64,000 nucleotides of DNA from Thalia democratica (Eukaryota): the NCBI GenBank assembly GCA_965202585.1, contig OZ241827.1, positions 23,250,001-23,314,000 of the forward strand, read 5' to 3'. The notes beneath the pieces are model-generated. The model did no database searches. It saw nothing but the letters and a program-made list of their open reading frames with translations, and was not told the origin of the DNA. Positions 36,255-46,910 of this stretch are shown in pieces. The position numbers and the translations under genes were made by a program. How positions within the stretch are numbered: position 1 is the stretch's first letter; every line of letters begins with the position of its first letter.

Positions 36255-36865
36255 GTAAGTAATTAAAACTCAACCTTGAAAGACAACATGGGTTCCACGT
36301 TAAAAATTAAAATTAATAAAACGACCATTTTAGTAAATTAAAAGTGATTAAAGTATATTACTTTTAGTAGTTTATATTACTATTTTATGAAATATTGTTT
36401 TGCACTTAAATCTTCTTAAGATATTTCTGTAGGTCTTATTACTTTTTATAAGCACAACTTTGTTTGTAGTTATTTGTTTTGTTGTTCTTAGTAGTTTGTA
36501 AACAAATATTTGACTATTTTGTTTCTTTAAATAAAAAACCTACACAAATATTATATATTCGTCAGCCATAAAATCGTTTCAAAGTAGGTTTTTGACGTAA
36601 ATGAAATACTACAAAATTGTAAATGATACCATAAAGTAAAATTTCTCAACCAACAGTACCGTTTATAAACTTTTACAGTATAATAGTTTTATTTTATGTA
36701 GTTCAATTCAGTACAAAATTATACTTTTTGATATATTGATATTAGAAGAAAAAGGTTAGTGAAATTAGTTTGAAATGTTATAATTGTAAATTTTGCTTTT
36801 TATGTTAAACTAGATAAAAAAATATTAGCTAATTTATAAAACCTAAAACACTTATTTTTCAGAAA

Positions 36866-38140
36866 ATGTTTAAATTGTTTAAAGTTAAATTACTAACTCT
36901 TCTCATAGCATGTGCTTTTTTGACGTCAAGTGGCCGTAGCTACGACGACACTTTTGTTTCCCGCGAACAAGAAAACAACTCTGATTACTTCATCACCGAA
37001 AAAAGCTTCAAGCAAAGCAAAGTTTTAGGAAACTGCTGCCTCGTAGCCGGCATGGCCACGTTGCCGGGCAACGCTGAGCTGCGCCACCAAGTGTTGTCGC
37101 CAAACTTCACAAAGCCACAAGAACGGGAATTCTTCCAATTCAACATTTACCGGATGGGAAAGCTCCATCGAGCGGAAGTCGACGTTAAAAGTTTGCCGAC
37201 GGCGGAAGACGGAAGCGAGCTGGTTTACTCGAGCAGCGCATACGGCGACTTGGTCGGACCCTCGCTCGAGAAAGCCCTGGTCGACGTGCACTTCGGGGGC
37301 GAGTACGATTCGTCCGAGGAGGCCCACCCCTCCACCGTCCTGACCAGCTTCACAAACGGCTACTACGAAGAGTTTCCAATCGTCTCGATTTTAGGCTTAA
37401 AAATAAGGGACGTGGTCCAACACGGGTTAAAAAGCAGCTCTCCGATGTTGGTCCAGTTTGCAAACAGGCCGGGGTTGTATGAATGGCATTGTTACACTTT
37501 GCTTGACATTAAAAACGACACTGCACAGCTGTACAACCCGCACGGCAGCTACCTTCAAATGACTGAAAGCGACTTCTACGAAAACTTGGAATCACTCGAC
37601 ATTGCTTATTACAAAAACAAAATATTCAGAATGCCGCAGCTTGAAGCTTCTTTTGAGTTCAACGAAACTTGGCCTGCGCTGCGACAGCACGAGAAAATTC
37701 GATTTGTGGAATACGACCTGGTGGTTGACGAAAACGACACGCAGTTGCTGTTTAACTTACTCGCCAAGCGTGATTCTCGTCCGGGCGTTTCTCCGAAGCT
37801 TTTCATCTTTGCCGTCGACAATGAAAACGGTGAAAAAAGCCTCCGAATGGTGCGAAATTCGGTGGTGCGTGGCTACAGAAAATCCAACGAAGAGATTTAC
37901 AGTTACACCGACTCTTTGAGAGCGACACTGAATAGCGGCAAGTACAAGGTGGCGGTCGTGCTGTCGACGTGCTGCACGTTTCGCAACAGCGCCTCTTGCG
38001 AGGAGTACTTGCGAAACGGAGGAGGCGAGTTTTTGTTCCGCCTCGCCGCTTCGAAGCGCTGTTCGGTCAGCAAGACTCAGGATAAAGACACCGAAATGGT
38101 CGAAAAAGTGCTCACCGACTATGAAGTGGGAAAATATTGA
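36866..38140 (+). CDS. Calpain-family (peptidase C2) cysteine protease with N-terminal signal peptide, single coding exon
   Basis: 424-aa ORF. QSKVLGNC57 resembles calpain QGxLGDCW; also SLEKALV..FGGEYD, WH208CYTL and LYN224PHG, giving the Cys-His-Asn triad. The C-terminal ~170 aa is beta-rich like calpain domain III. Hydrophobic N-terminus KLLTLLIACAFLTSSG. AATAAA near 38256. Confidence 0.85.
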   Translation: MFKLFKVKLLTLLIACAFLTSSGRSYDDTFVSREQENNSDYFITEKSFKQSKVLGNCCLVAGMATLPGNAELRHQVLSPNFTKPQEREFFQFNIYRMGKLHRAEVDVKSLPTAEDGSELVYSSSAYGDLVGPSLEKALVDVHFGGEYDSSEEAHPSTVLTSFTNGYYEEFPIVSILGLKIRDVVQHGLKSSSPMLVQFANRPGLYEWHCYTLLDIKNDTAQLYNPHGSYLQMTESDFYENLESLDIAYYKNKIFRMPQLEASFEFNETWPALRQHEKIRFVEYDLVVDENDTQLLFNLLAKRDSRPGVSPKLFIFAVDNENGEKSLRMVRNSVVRGYRKSNEEIYSYTDSLRATLNSGKYKVAVVLSTCCTFRNSASCEEYLRNGGGEFLFRLAASKRCSVSKTQDKDTEMVEKVLTDYEVGKY

Positions 38141-39066
38141 TGAAAGCTGAAGTTTTTCCAAAATGTTAAGCGTTGATACCAGCTGCTGGCTTATTTAAAT
38201 TCAACACTGTTTTTGTTTGTTTGCTTTTACGACTAGTAAATATGATTCGTATACTAATAAATTTTCAGTAGTTTTTAACAAATTGCAAACACTAAAATAC
38301 TGCAATTATTAGTGTTTTTTTTTGTTGTACTTAAAAACTCTAACTCATATGGCCACATTTTTAATCTTAATCTTAATATAATTTCAAAGTATGCTACTTA
38401 TAAACGTTTATATTTAGAAAAGTAAAGAAAGTTATAACTACGTGTTTAGGAATCTGCACAGTGAGCTAGCAAACGGCAGTACAATTTTTTAGGTTACCAG
38501 AAAAATAAACTAAGTGTTTACATAGTAAGTAAGAACGTTTTTACTTGTTTTGATATTTTGTTTTTTATGTCTAAGTTTTGGTAAGATGAAGTGCGGCCAT
38601 AAGATGTGTATAGAGTATTTCACAATTTTACCAAAGAATAAGGACTAGTTATCTTATGGGTCCAGCCGAATAACATCATTTTAGATCCAGATCCGAATCG
38701 GTCCAGGTCCTTATTTTAAAATAAGATCCAGATCCGGACAAACCAAAAAAAAATCCAGGTTTGTCCGGATCCTTATGTATATGTATGATAGATAACTGAA
38801 ATTACTTTAACAGTTTCAGCTCTTTCCAACTATTATTATATTGCTTAGAAAATTTTATAAGAGTAGTCTTCACGGGGTAGTTTAAAAAAGGTCTTAGGCG
38901 TATTTGAGGGAAGTTTTAAAACTTATACTAGGTACTAAGATCGACGAAAACATCGGCGAAAGTCTACAGAGCCTAAGCCTTGGCTTTCATATGCCGTGAA
39001 ACAAGCTTAATTTTAACATAATGTTATACCATACCAATTCGACCATCAGACTGTAAGCCTACGGTA

Positions 39067-39108
39067 GACTGAGACCGGTTTCGTCCTTATTAGGACTCAC
39101 AGTCAGTC
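39067..39108 (-). ncRNA. Minimal type I hammerhead ribozyme motif (Penelope-like element type), core lacking one A
   Basis: The minus strand reads GACTGA CTG-TGA GTCC TAATAA GGAC GAAA CCG GTC TCAGTC: 6-bp stem I, 4-bp stem II, GAAA, palindromic ACCGGT stem III and a GUC cleavage triplet. Confidence 0.7.
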
Positions 39109-41839
39109 ACAACTAAAAAACCTGCAGTCATCAACCAACAGTTTATCATGCTTATACAAAGCTTTATTTAAACTGTGTAACTGTACTATAAACAGTACTA
39201 CTCGGTGTATATAAAATCTTCTTTAAGTATTTCTGGTCTTTTTACTTAAATAAAATTAACACATTATTTGTTTTGCCTGCACTGCAACAAGGGAAAATAC
39301 GAGCTAGTTAATTAACGGTTTTAAAAAAATAAGTACATAATGAACTAATTATTTGTAGTTATTTTTTTAACTGTCGGAATCTGTTTAGTAAGTAAATTTT
39401 TGATAATACCTGAAAACTTTAAAACTTTGAAACACCAAACTGTTCTTTCTTTTATTTAATATTAGCGAAAAGTTATAAATTTTTTAGTTTATTTTGTCGA
39501 AGTTGTAGAACAAAACTTATTATTAAGTACTAAAAAACTAAATGTTATAAAATTAAAAAATGTTTTGTTTAGTTAAATGCTAACAAAAAATTAGCAATAG
39601 AAAAACTTTAAAAACTATCTGTTTAAAGAACCTAGTTATTAAGAACTATTTTAAATAAAAGTTTTACCTTGTATTCAGTTAAATTGTTATTAAATTCTTT
39701 ATATAACTATAAATTTTGTATTTTAAAAAAATAATCTAAATGGTTGAAAACCCCGTGTAAAATGAAACTTTAAGTTTATTTTTTTACTTTCGTTTGACAT
39801 TTTATCGATTTAGTGATACTTACATTTAATTAGACTTTTGTAAAACAATTATCTAAGTTAAGTTTTGTCAGTGATCAAGTTTAAATAGCAAAACTGTGTT
39901 TAAACAGTTGTGATTTACAGCTGATTTGAATTTAAAAAATAACAAATTATTAAATAAATAATGAATAAATTTATTTTTAAACTAATTAAATATTAGGTAC
40001 TTAATAGTTTCGTTCTAATTTTAACTTTTAGTTTTCAATTAGCTAATTAAGTCTCACATAGTCTTACATTACTTTTACTTTGACGTAACTATTATAAAGT
40101 AAACTATTAGTCTTATAATATATTGTTTACTGTAGTTATTTAAAAAAGGTTATTTAGAAAAAAAAAACTATATTAAACAGATAATACATAGTTAAGAATT
40201 TATATTAACATCTCAAACAAAATAAACACTAGTGCGAAAAATAGTTGATGCAAAAGTTGAGATATAGAACTATTTTGTTAATACATTTTTTAAACTTATG
40301 AATTAAAACATAATTTTACGATCTCGATATAACATTATAAGCTGATGTCAATAGCTTAAACTTAAAAGATCTATAAAATTAAAATAAATCTAATATCACA
40401 TAATTACTACTATATCACTTTATAAAAAAGTAATTTTTATTGTTTTATTACTTATTAAAACTCCTCGTCAAAACGACAAAAATAGATATAAGTAATACAA
40501 TTTAATCAAACAGATGAAAAAAATTTTAGCATAAGTATTTTGTTTAAACCTATTTCAATTATTTAATTGTCAAAAATTAATAACCGATAACTTAATAATT
40601 AAGTAACTTACTTTTAAGTTACTAAAAACTGTACTACAATCTATATCTAAAAAATAAATTATTATACCTAATTACAACTGTTTTTAAAGACCAGACTTAA
40701 GACATATTAATGTTTTAAATTAAATTGTTCTACAGCCTTTTAGGCTATATATGATTCCTAAAACGTTAAATCCTTTGATTAGTAAAATATTTTTAGGTCT
40801 GCAAAACTTAACTTATTATTAAAAAAAATATTCTTTTGAAAACTATTACTTATTTTTTAGTACATATTTTTATACAGTAGGTATTATTATTTAGTTTTGT
40901 TTAGGAAAATAACAGCTCTAAAAACTTACTTAAAAATTGTAAACCTTGTTTATATACAAAAATACTAGTTGTCTTTTAATTATTTCTTTTCATAGATTAT
41001 TCAACAATCTTTAACTCACTCCGACTCTTTTTATCTAGTACTTTGTTGTAAATAAGTTATAAACCACTTAGACTTTAAAAGTAGTAAATTTCTCAATTTT
41101 CAAAATAACGACTAATTAAACATAACAAATAGTAAACATATTATTTCTAAATATATCTTTAAACTTTGAAATGTCATTTGTGCTTTCTAGTTTTTATATA
41201 ATTGCGAAATAAAACTTAGTTTTGTCAAGTACTATAATAAATGAAATTTTACAACTAAATTACGTTGTAAAGGTTGTAAAAATGAAACTTTGTTTGTTAA
41301 AACAAAAAAATTGATTCGTGTCCATAAAATTGACAGTTTACTAAGTCTTGTGGAGTTTTTACTTTCTCAATTTTTGTTATTTACTCAATCAAATATTGTT
41401 TAACATAAAAGGTTTTGATAACAGTAACCAAGTACAAATTCATGTAGCAATTGTTTTAGATTAGTTGTATGAATTACTTCTTAAAAGCTATATACTCCTT
41501 TTAAAAAAATTAAGCATTATCTATTAAAATAAAAAAAAAGATATATTTAAAAATTGATCTTTTGCAGTAAAGTCCTTTACTTTCAAAATAGTTATTAAAA
41601 GTTTTGTATTGTTGGTTCACAACAGTCAGATAATATTAACAGCTGAACATTAACTGATGTTTTTATTAAAAGTATGAGTTTTACATATCAAATTTTACCA
41701 GTATACTTTACAGTTTTTAGGGAATTTTCACAAGTTTAGATAAATATTCACATTACTCTTTTAACTTCTTTAAAACAACAACTTGAAAACAATCAATCAA
41801 CCAAACTAAACTCAATAAACTTTAGATACTTGACACACA

Positions 41840-43420
41840 ATGAACATATTTCAAAGCAAATCAAGCCAAATCTCGCTCAGCCAGCTCAAGTACGAGGGGG
41901 TGATCCTAGGTGAGGGGTCGTTCGGGGTGGTGAGGCTGGCCAAGCACCGGGTGACCAGGAGGAAGTACGCGGTGAAGGTGCTTAAGCACGATCACGCGAC
42001 CAGCCAGGAAGAAAGGGAGGCGATCGACAACGAGACCGGCATACTCGAGCAGATGGACCACAGGTTCGTGGTCAGGACGTGGCACGTAAAAAGGCAGCCT
42101 AAAGCCACCTACCTGGTCATGGACTACTGCTCCAAAGGTTCATTATTGGACTACATCAACGGCATCACGGAGCCGTTGACGGTGCACCAGTTCAGGAGGT
42201 ACACGGCGCAGATGGTGTCCGGCCTGATGTACGTCCACGACCGCGACATCTGCCACCGCGACATCAAGCTGGAGAACTACGTTCTGGACGCCAGGCGCGA
42301 CGTGAAGCTCATCGACTTCGGCCTCTCGAAAGTGACCAAGCTGCGGCAGAAGGAAAGGGTGGGCACGCCGGCGTACGCGGCTCCGCAGGTGTGCGAGCAC
42401 GACTACGACCCGTTCAAGGCGGACGTGTGGGCGCTGGGCGTGGTCATGTTCTGCATGGCGCACGGTGATCGGCCCTACGACTCGGACGACTTCGACGAGA
42501 TCCTGCGGATGCACAAGGATCCGATGAAGAAGCCGCTGGTGGCCGTAGGCCACTACGACGTGGACCGGATCCTGTTCAACACGCTCAGGGTAGACGAGGA
42601 CGCGAGGTGGGGTCTGGACGAGTTGTCCGAGGTCGAGTGGCTGCATCCCATACCCTGCCTCTCGCCGTCCAGAAAGAACAGGATAGAAATGAGCAGGATG
42701 AGGAGGAAGAAGAGGGTGATGGCGGAGCAGAGGAAGCCGGTGCTCAGGAGCAAAAGTCAGCACAAAGTTGGGAAAATAAAGGTAAGCGAAAATGTGCCTT
42801 ACATGGAGATAACCAAGCAGAAAGAAAAAACTAAGAGAGGAGTCATTGAAAAGCTTAAAGGTGAAGAGTTGTGCAGTAGTAACTGTGTAGTAAAACAAAA
42901 TAAAAAAGAAAAGAGAAGAGAAAAAGAACAAAAGTTTTATAAAGAATACAAAAAAGAACCGAAAAACTCTAGACATAATAAAATGTTTAGGACTAATGAC
43001 AGGGGGCAATCTGCGTATGCATTGGACCAAAATAACCGTGTAATGACAAAGCCGCGCAGAAACAAGTTAAAAACTACAAAACAGCTCGACAACTTTTTCG
43101 AAATTTCCGAAAACAAAAGGGAATTCTTTGTGGTCATCGAAGCTTCGAAACAGGACATCCACGAAAAGTGCTTGCAGGCGCTGAGGGCAAACTTCGTCGA
43201 TTGGAAACGGGTGCGCGACTGCTACAGGTGCAGCAAGAAACTTAGCATGTGTCACGTGACCTTCCTGATGAGCGTGCGCGTTGACTTCGCCACCAGCGAC
43301 AAAGTCACGGTGAAGTTCGTGAAGAAGGACGGTTCCGACGAACACTTCTCCGTTGTTTCCAAAAAGATCTGCAAAGAGTTTTTCGGCGCTGCCAGAAGGC
43401 CGCAGAGCTGCGTTCTTTGA
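41840..43420 (+). CDS. Intronless CAMK-group Ser/Thr kinase, MARK/AMPK-related, with C-terminal KA1-like domain
   Basis: 526-aa ORF with GEGSFG, YAVK46, E65 in helix C, HRDIKLEN, DFG, GTPAYAAPQ and DVWALG. Lys-rich linker. The C-terminus VKFVKKDGSDEHFSVVSKKICKEF resembles the end of MARK KA1 domains as I recall them. Confidence 0.9.
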   Translation: MNIFQSKSSQISLSQLKYEGVILGEGSFGVVRLAKHRVTRRKYAVKVLKHDHATSQEEREAIDNETGILEQMDHRFVVRTWHVKRQPKATYLVMDYCSKGSLLDYINGITEPLTVHQFRRYTAQMVSGLMYVHDRDICHRDIKLENYVLDARRDVKLIDFGLSKVTKLRQKERVGTPAYAAPQVCEHDYDPFKADVWALGVVMFCMAHGDRPYDSDDFDEILRMHKDPMKKPLVAVGHYDVDRILFNTLRVDEDARWGLDELSEVEWLHPIPCLSPSRKNRIEMSRMRRKKRVMAEQRKPVLRSKSQHKVGKIKVSENVPYMEITKQKEKTKRGVIEKLKGEELCSSNCVVKQNKKEKRREKEQKFYKEYKKEPKNSRHNKMFRTNDRGQSAYALDQNNRVMTKPRRNKLKTTKQLDNFFEISENKREFFVVIEASKQDIHEKCLQALRANFVDWKRVRDCYRCSKKLSMCHVTFLMSVRVDFATSDKVTVKFVKKDGSDEHFSVVSKKICKEFFGAARRPQSCVL

Positions 43421-44190
43421 TTTTTGCCAACTTGTTTGCTTTGAAGGCTGTTTAGAAACAATGATTGCTCAGCTAACCAGGCTAAAATTAAGTATTCGTT
43501 ATAGTTTTCAAGAGGTGCTTCGGCCATTTGTTTGTAGAAAATAAAATGTTATTTTAGTATCAACTTTTACGTTTAATACGATATAAAATAACCTATCGAT
43601 ACTTAAGTTTTTATATAAACTTATCAGTGTATACAAGTCAAATAAAAAAGTAGCATATTAGTCAACACTAAGTCTAACATCAAAATTATTCTAAAAGGTA
43701 AATTTTATTAAGTTTTCCATAAAAGATAACGTAAAGCATAAGTTGTCTTGTTATTTTTTGTACTCAAGTTTTAAGCTACGAACTGTGTTGCTTTTTGACG
43801 ACTGAAATCAAAGTATTTGTTAATGAGATGTTTCTTGTTGGAGTTTTAATTTTGTAGTATTTTTTTGAACAAAATTATTTTAAATAGACTTTTTTAATAG
43901 TTAAACCATAGCAGAAAGATTAAAAGTAATTTAAATTTATAAGTTGTAATTTAAATATTTGTTGTTTCATAAGTAACAGTTTTATATACTGCTATGCTGA
44001 TATCTAAGTCAGCCTATCAATGCTTTTTTAATATTTATTTTGACTGTAAGTATATGCAGGTTTATTTTGAAGACTAATGTAAGTTATTTATGCCACAAGA
44101 ATTTTTAGAAACACTTTAAGAAACAATATTAGTAATTAAAGCAGTTTTTCAGATTTTTAAAAATTATAGATTATTTGGTATATATTATAT

Positions 44191-46644
44191 GGGTGGGTGT
44201 CACTTTTGCACGAAGGGTCACTTTAGCACGAGGGGACACTTTTGCACGGCGTCACTTTTGCATGGAGGGTCACTTTTGCAGTAGGGAAAACTTTTGCACG
44301 GCGACTCTTTGCACGGAGGGTCACTTTTGCACGAGGGGATACTTTTGCGAGGCGTCACTTTTGGACGAGGAGACACTTTTGCTTGGTTGTCATTTTTGCA
44401 CGCAGGGTAATTTTTGCATGGCGTAATTTTTTCACGAAGAGACACTTTTGCACGGCGAAATTTTTTCACGATGACAATTCTTACGGCAGCATTGATGCAC
44501 AATGTCACATTTTTACGATGAAAATTTTCTTACAGCGACATTTTGGCACGATGACTTTTTTGCACGGTACATTAATTTCACTTTTTGGTAAAAAGTATTT
44601 TAGCTAGTACCAAATCTGTAACATAAAAAGAAACTGAAAACTAAAATTTTATAACATACTTATATTAAAGGCAAATAATGAAAGATTTAAAATCTTAAAC
44701 AGTAAAAGTTAATGTTTGAAACAAACTAACGAAAAGATAATTTAAAATTATTTACAAAAGATACATACCAGGAACAAAAAATTTATTTTATCCAGAAACT
44801 AGGATAAAAAAATACTTTAAGTGTAGGTAAATTGTTCTAGTTTATTTTGAACTTTAATATATTAATCAACAGCTATGTCTTTTTATATACTTTACTATAC
44901 GGTTACAAGTTTATTGCCATTTTATGGACCTAGGCATCAAAACCTTGACCACTTAAACTGAAAGACACATAAAGAAAAAAATAAGAATAAACACAAATGG
45001 TTTATTTATTAAAACAAAGATAAATAATTTGATATAAAGTTTATAGGTTAACATAAAAAACAAAATATCAGTCACAAACTTATGCTCATTTACGCTTTGA
45101 CGTAGAACGATCAACATCAAAGATTTAACTGCATTGACTTACAACAAAAATAAAACCTAACGCTGCAAAGACATTAAAAAAAGACTGGTCAGATGAATAA
45201 TCATTAAATACATTGAAAAGGACTCATTTTTAAAAGAGTAAAGATGCTGCTAATAAAATTGAACTATAAACTAAGCTAAATCTTAAAATTAAGTCAACAG
45301 TTGATAAAAATTATTTATTAATTTTACTAACACAAATATAATTTAGATAAAACTTTCTTAACTTTAAACGAAGTTCTTTAACATTTTTGCAAGAAATTAA
45401 TTAATTTGGTAGTTTGATCCATTTTTCAACTGACCGATAATAAAAAAGAATTCTGCCAAGCCTCATTTTGAAATATTGCAGCGGTTGAAAACTAATATTG
45501 TATATTTTTTTGAACATAAATTTAAACTTCCAAATGTTACTCTCTCATTGGCTTATCATGATCATGCAACATTATAGAAATTAAATGTTTCAGGTTTAAA
45601 ACATGAGAAATGCGCTATTTTATTGCTCTTTTTATTCTCAAGCTGAGTTAAAAAATAAAAATAAACATCAAGTAAAATTTGAAATACCTTTACACTTCAT
45701 AAATTAACTAAATCTTTTATTTGTTTATTTATTTAACAATAGTTTAAAATTAAAATAAATTTAAAATGTTCTTTTAACAACCATATAATGCTAATTATAA
45801 TATCAAGAGAATATAAATAAAAAATAATACTCAAGATTCGTGTTTTAAAGCCTTACTAAATTAAGTTTATCTTTCTGTTTAAAAATCAACGAGATTGATA
45901 TTATTTTTATTAAATTATTCAAAATTGTTTTTATTTAATATTAGAAAATGTATATTCATCTAGTTTAATTTAAGTTAAGATTATAAATATGAATTAATGA
46001 ATTGTGGTACGTTATTATATTGTTCTACGTAAAACTTCGAATAAAAACTTTTATTTAAGAACTTTGTTTTAGCACTTACGAGGTCTTTGACCGAAACTTA
46101 GTTTGTAAAATCAATTCTTGAAAGAATAAATTTATAAAAATTTTACATTAAAATTTTATTTAAAAATTACCACTTTTTATTCATTCAAAACAACTTTCGT
46201 TTAAAAGCGAATATTATTTGAGTTGACCAAAAAAATAATTTAAATTTCTATATGAGAAAATAAAAAATAGAAGCGTGCTAAAGTTAAGTTCCGTTTAAAA
46301 TTGACTGATTGTTTAAAATTTTTGCAGTTCATAAGTATATCCAGAAAATATAATGCCGTGCGAAAGTGACGCTATGCAAAAATTATGCCATGCAAATGTA
46401 ACGTCGTGCAAAAGTTTTGACTTGTAAAAATATCGCCGTGCAAAAATGACCTTGCGTGGAAAAGTGTCTCCTTGTGCAAAAGTGACGCCGTACAAAAGTG
46501 TCCCTCCGTGCAAAAGAGTCGCCGTGCAAAAGTGACACTGTGGAAAAGTGTTCCCTCATGCAAAAGTGACGCTCGTGCAAAAGAGTCGCCGTGCAAAAGT
46601 GTCTTCGTGCAAAAGTGACGCTCGTGCAAAAGTGACCCGTTCTA
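44191..46644. mobile_element. MULE-like element with long subterminal TCACTTTTGCACG arrays and about 1.8 kb of internal sequence
   Basis: Perfect 9-bp TSD ATATTATAT (44182-44190, 46645-46653). Inverted repeat arrays at 44191-44570 and 46350-46644. Confidence 0.85.
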
Positions 46645-46910
46645 ATATTATATAGCCAGATGTTGGTATTGTTTAGTTCTATAAAACACATTTCTATGAA
46701 TGTTGGTTAGAAGCTGCTTTTTCAGTCAGTATAAATAATAGTCGATGATTAAAATAAATTTTATTGTATGTGATGCAAGTTAACAGATTGTTTCTCTGCT
46801 TCTCGTACAAAAGCTCTTGTCAGACACTTCATTACTAAATTGCTCCATATGAATACATTCATTTGAAAAATTTCAAACAAAAAATTTTTACAACACCCGT
46901 CGGTTTAAAG

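Noticed and set aside
37025-38161. Antisense and alternate-frame ORFs over the calpain gene
   Set aside because: Shadow ORFs of a GC-rich CDS.
42143-43030. 295-aa antisense ORF and other short ORFs overlapping the kinase
   Set aside because: Shadow of the high-GC3 kinase coding strand; no motifs of its own.
44175-44607. ORFs rich in TFARR/HFCT (also 46313-46691, 6934-7351, 34945-35549, 63131-63385)
   Set aside because: Translations of TTTTGCAC subterminal repeats of MULE-like elements.
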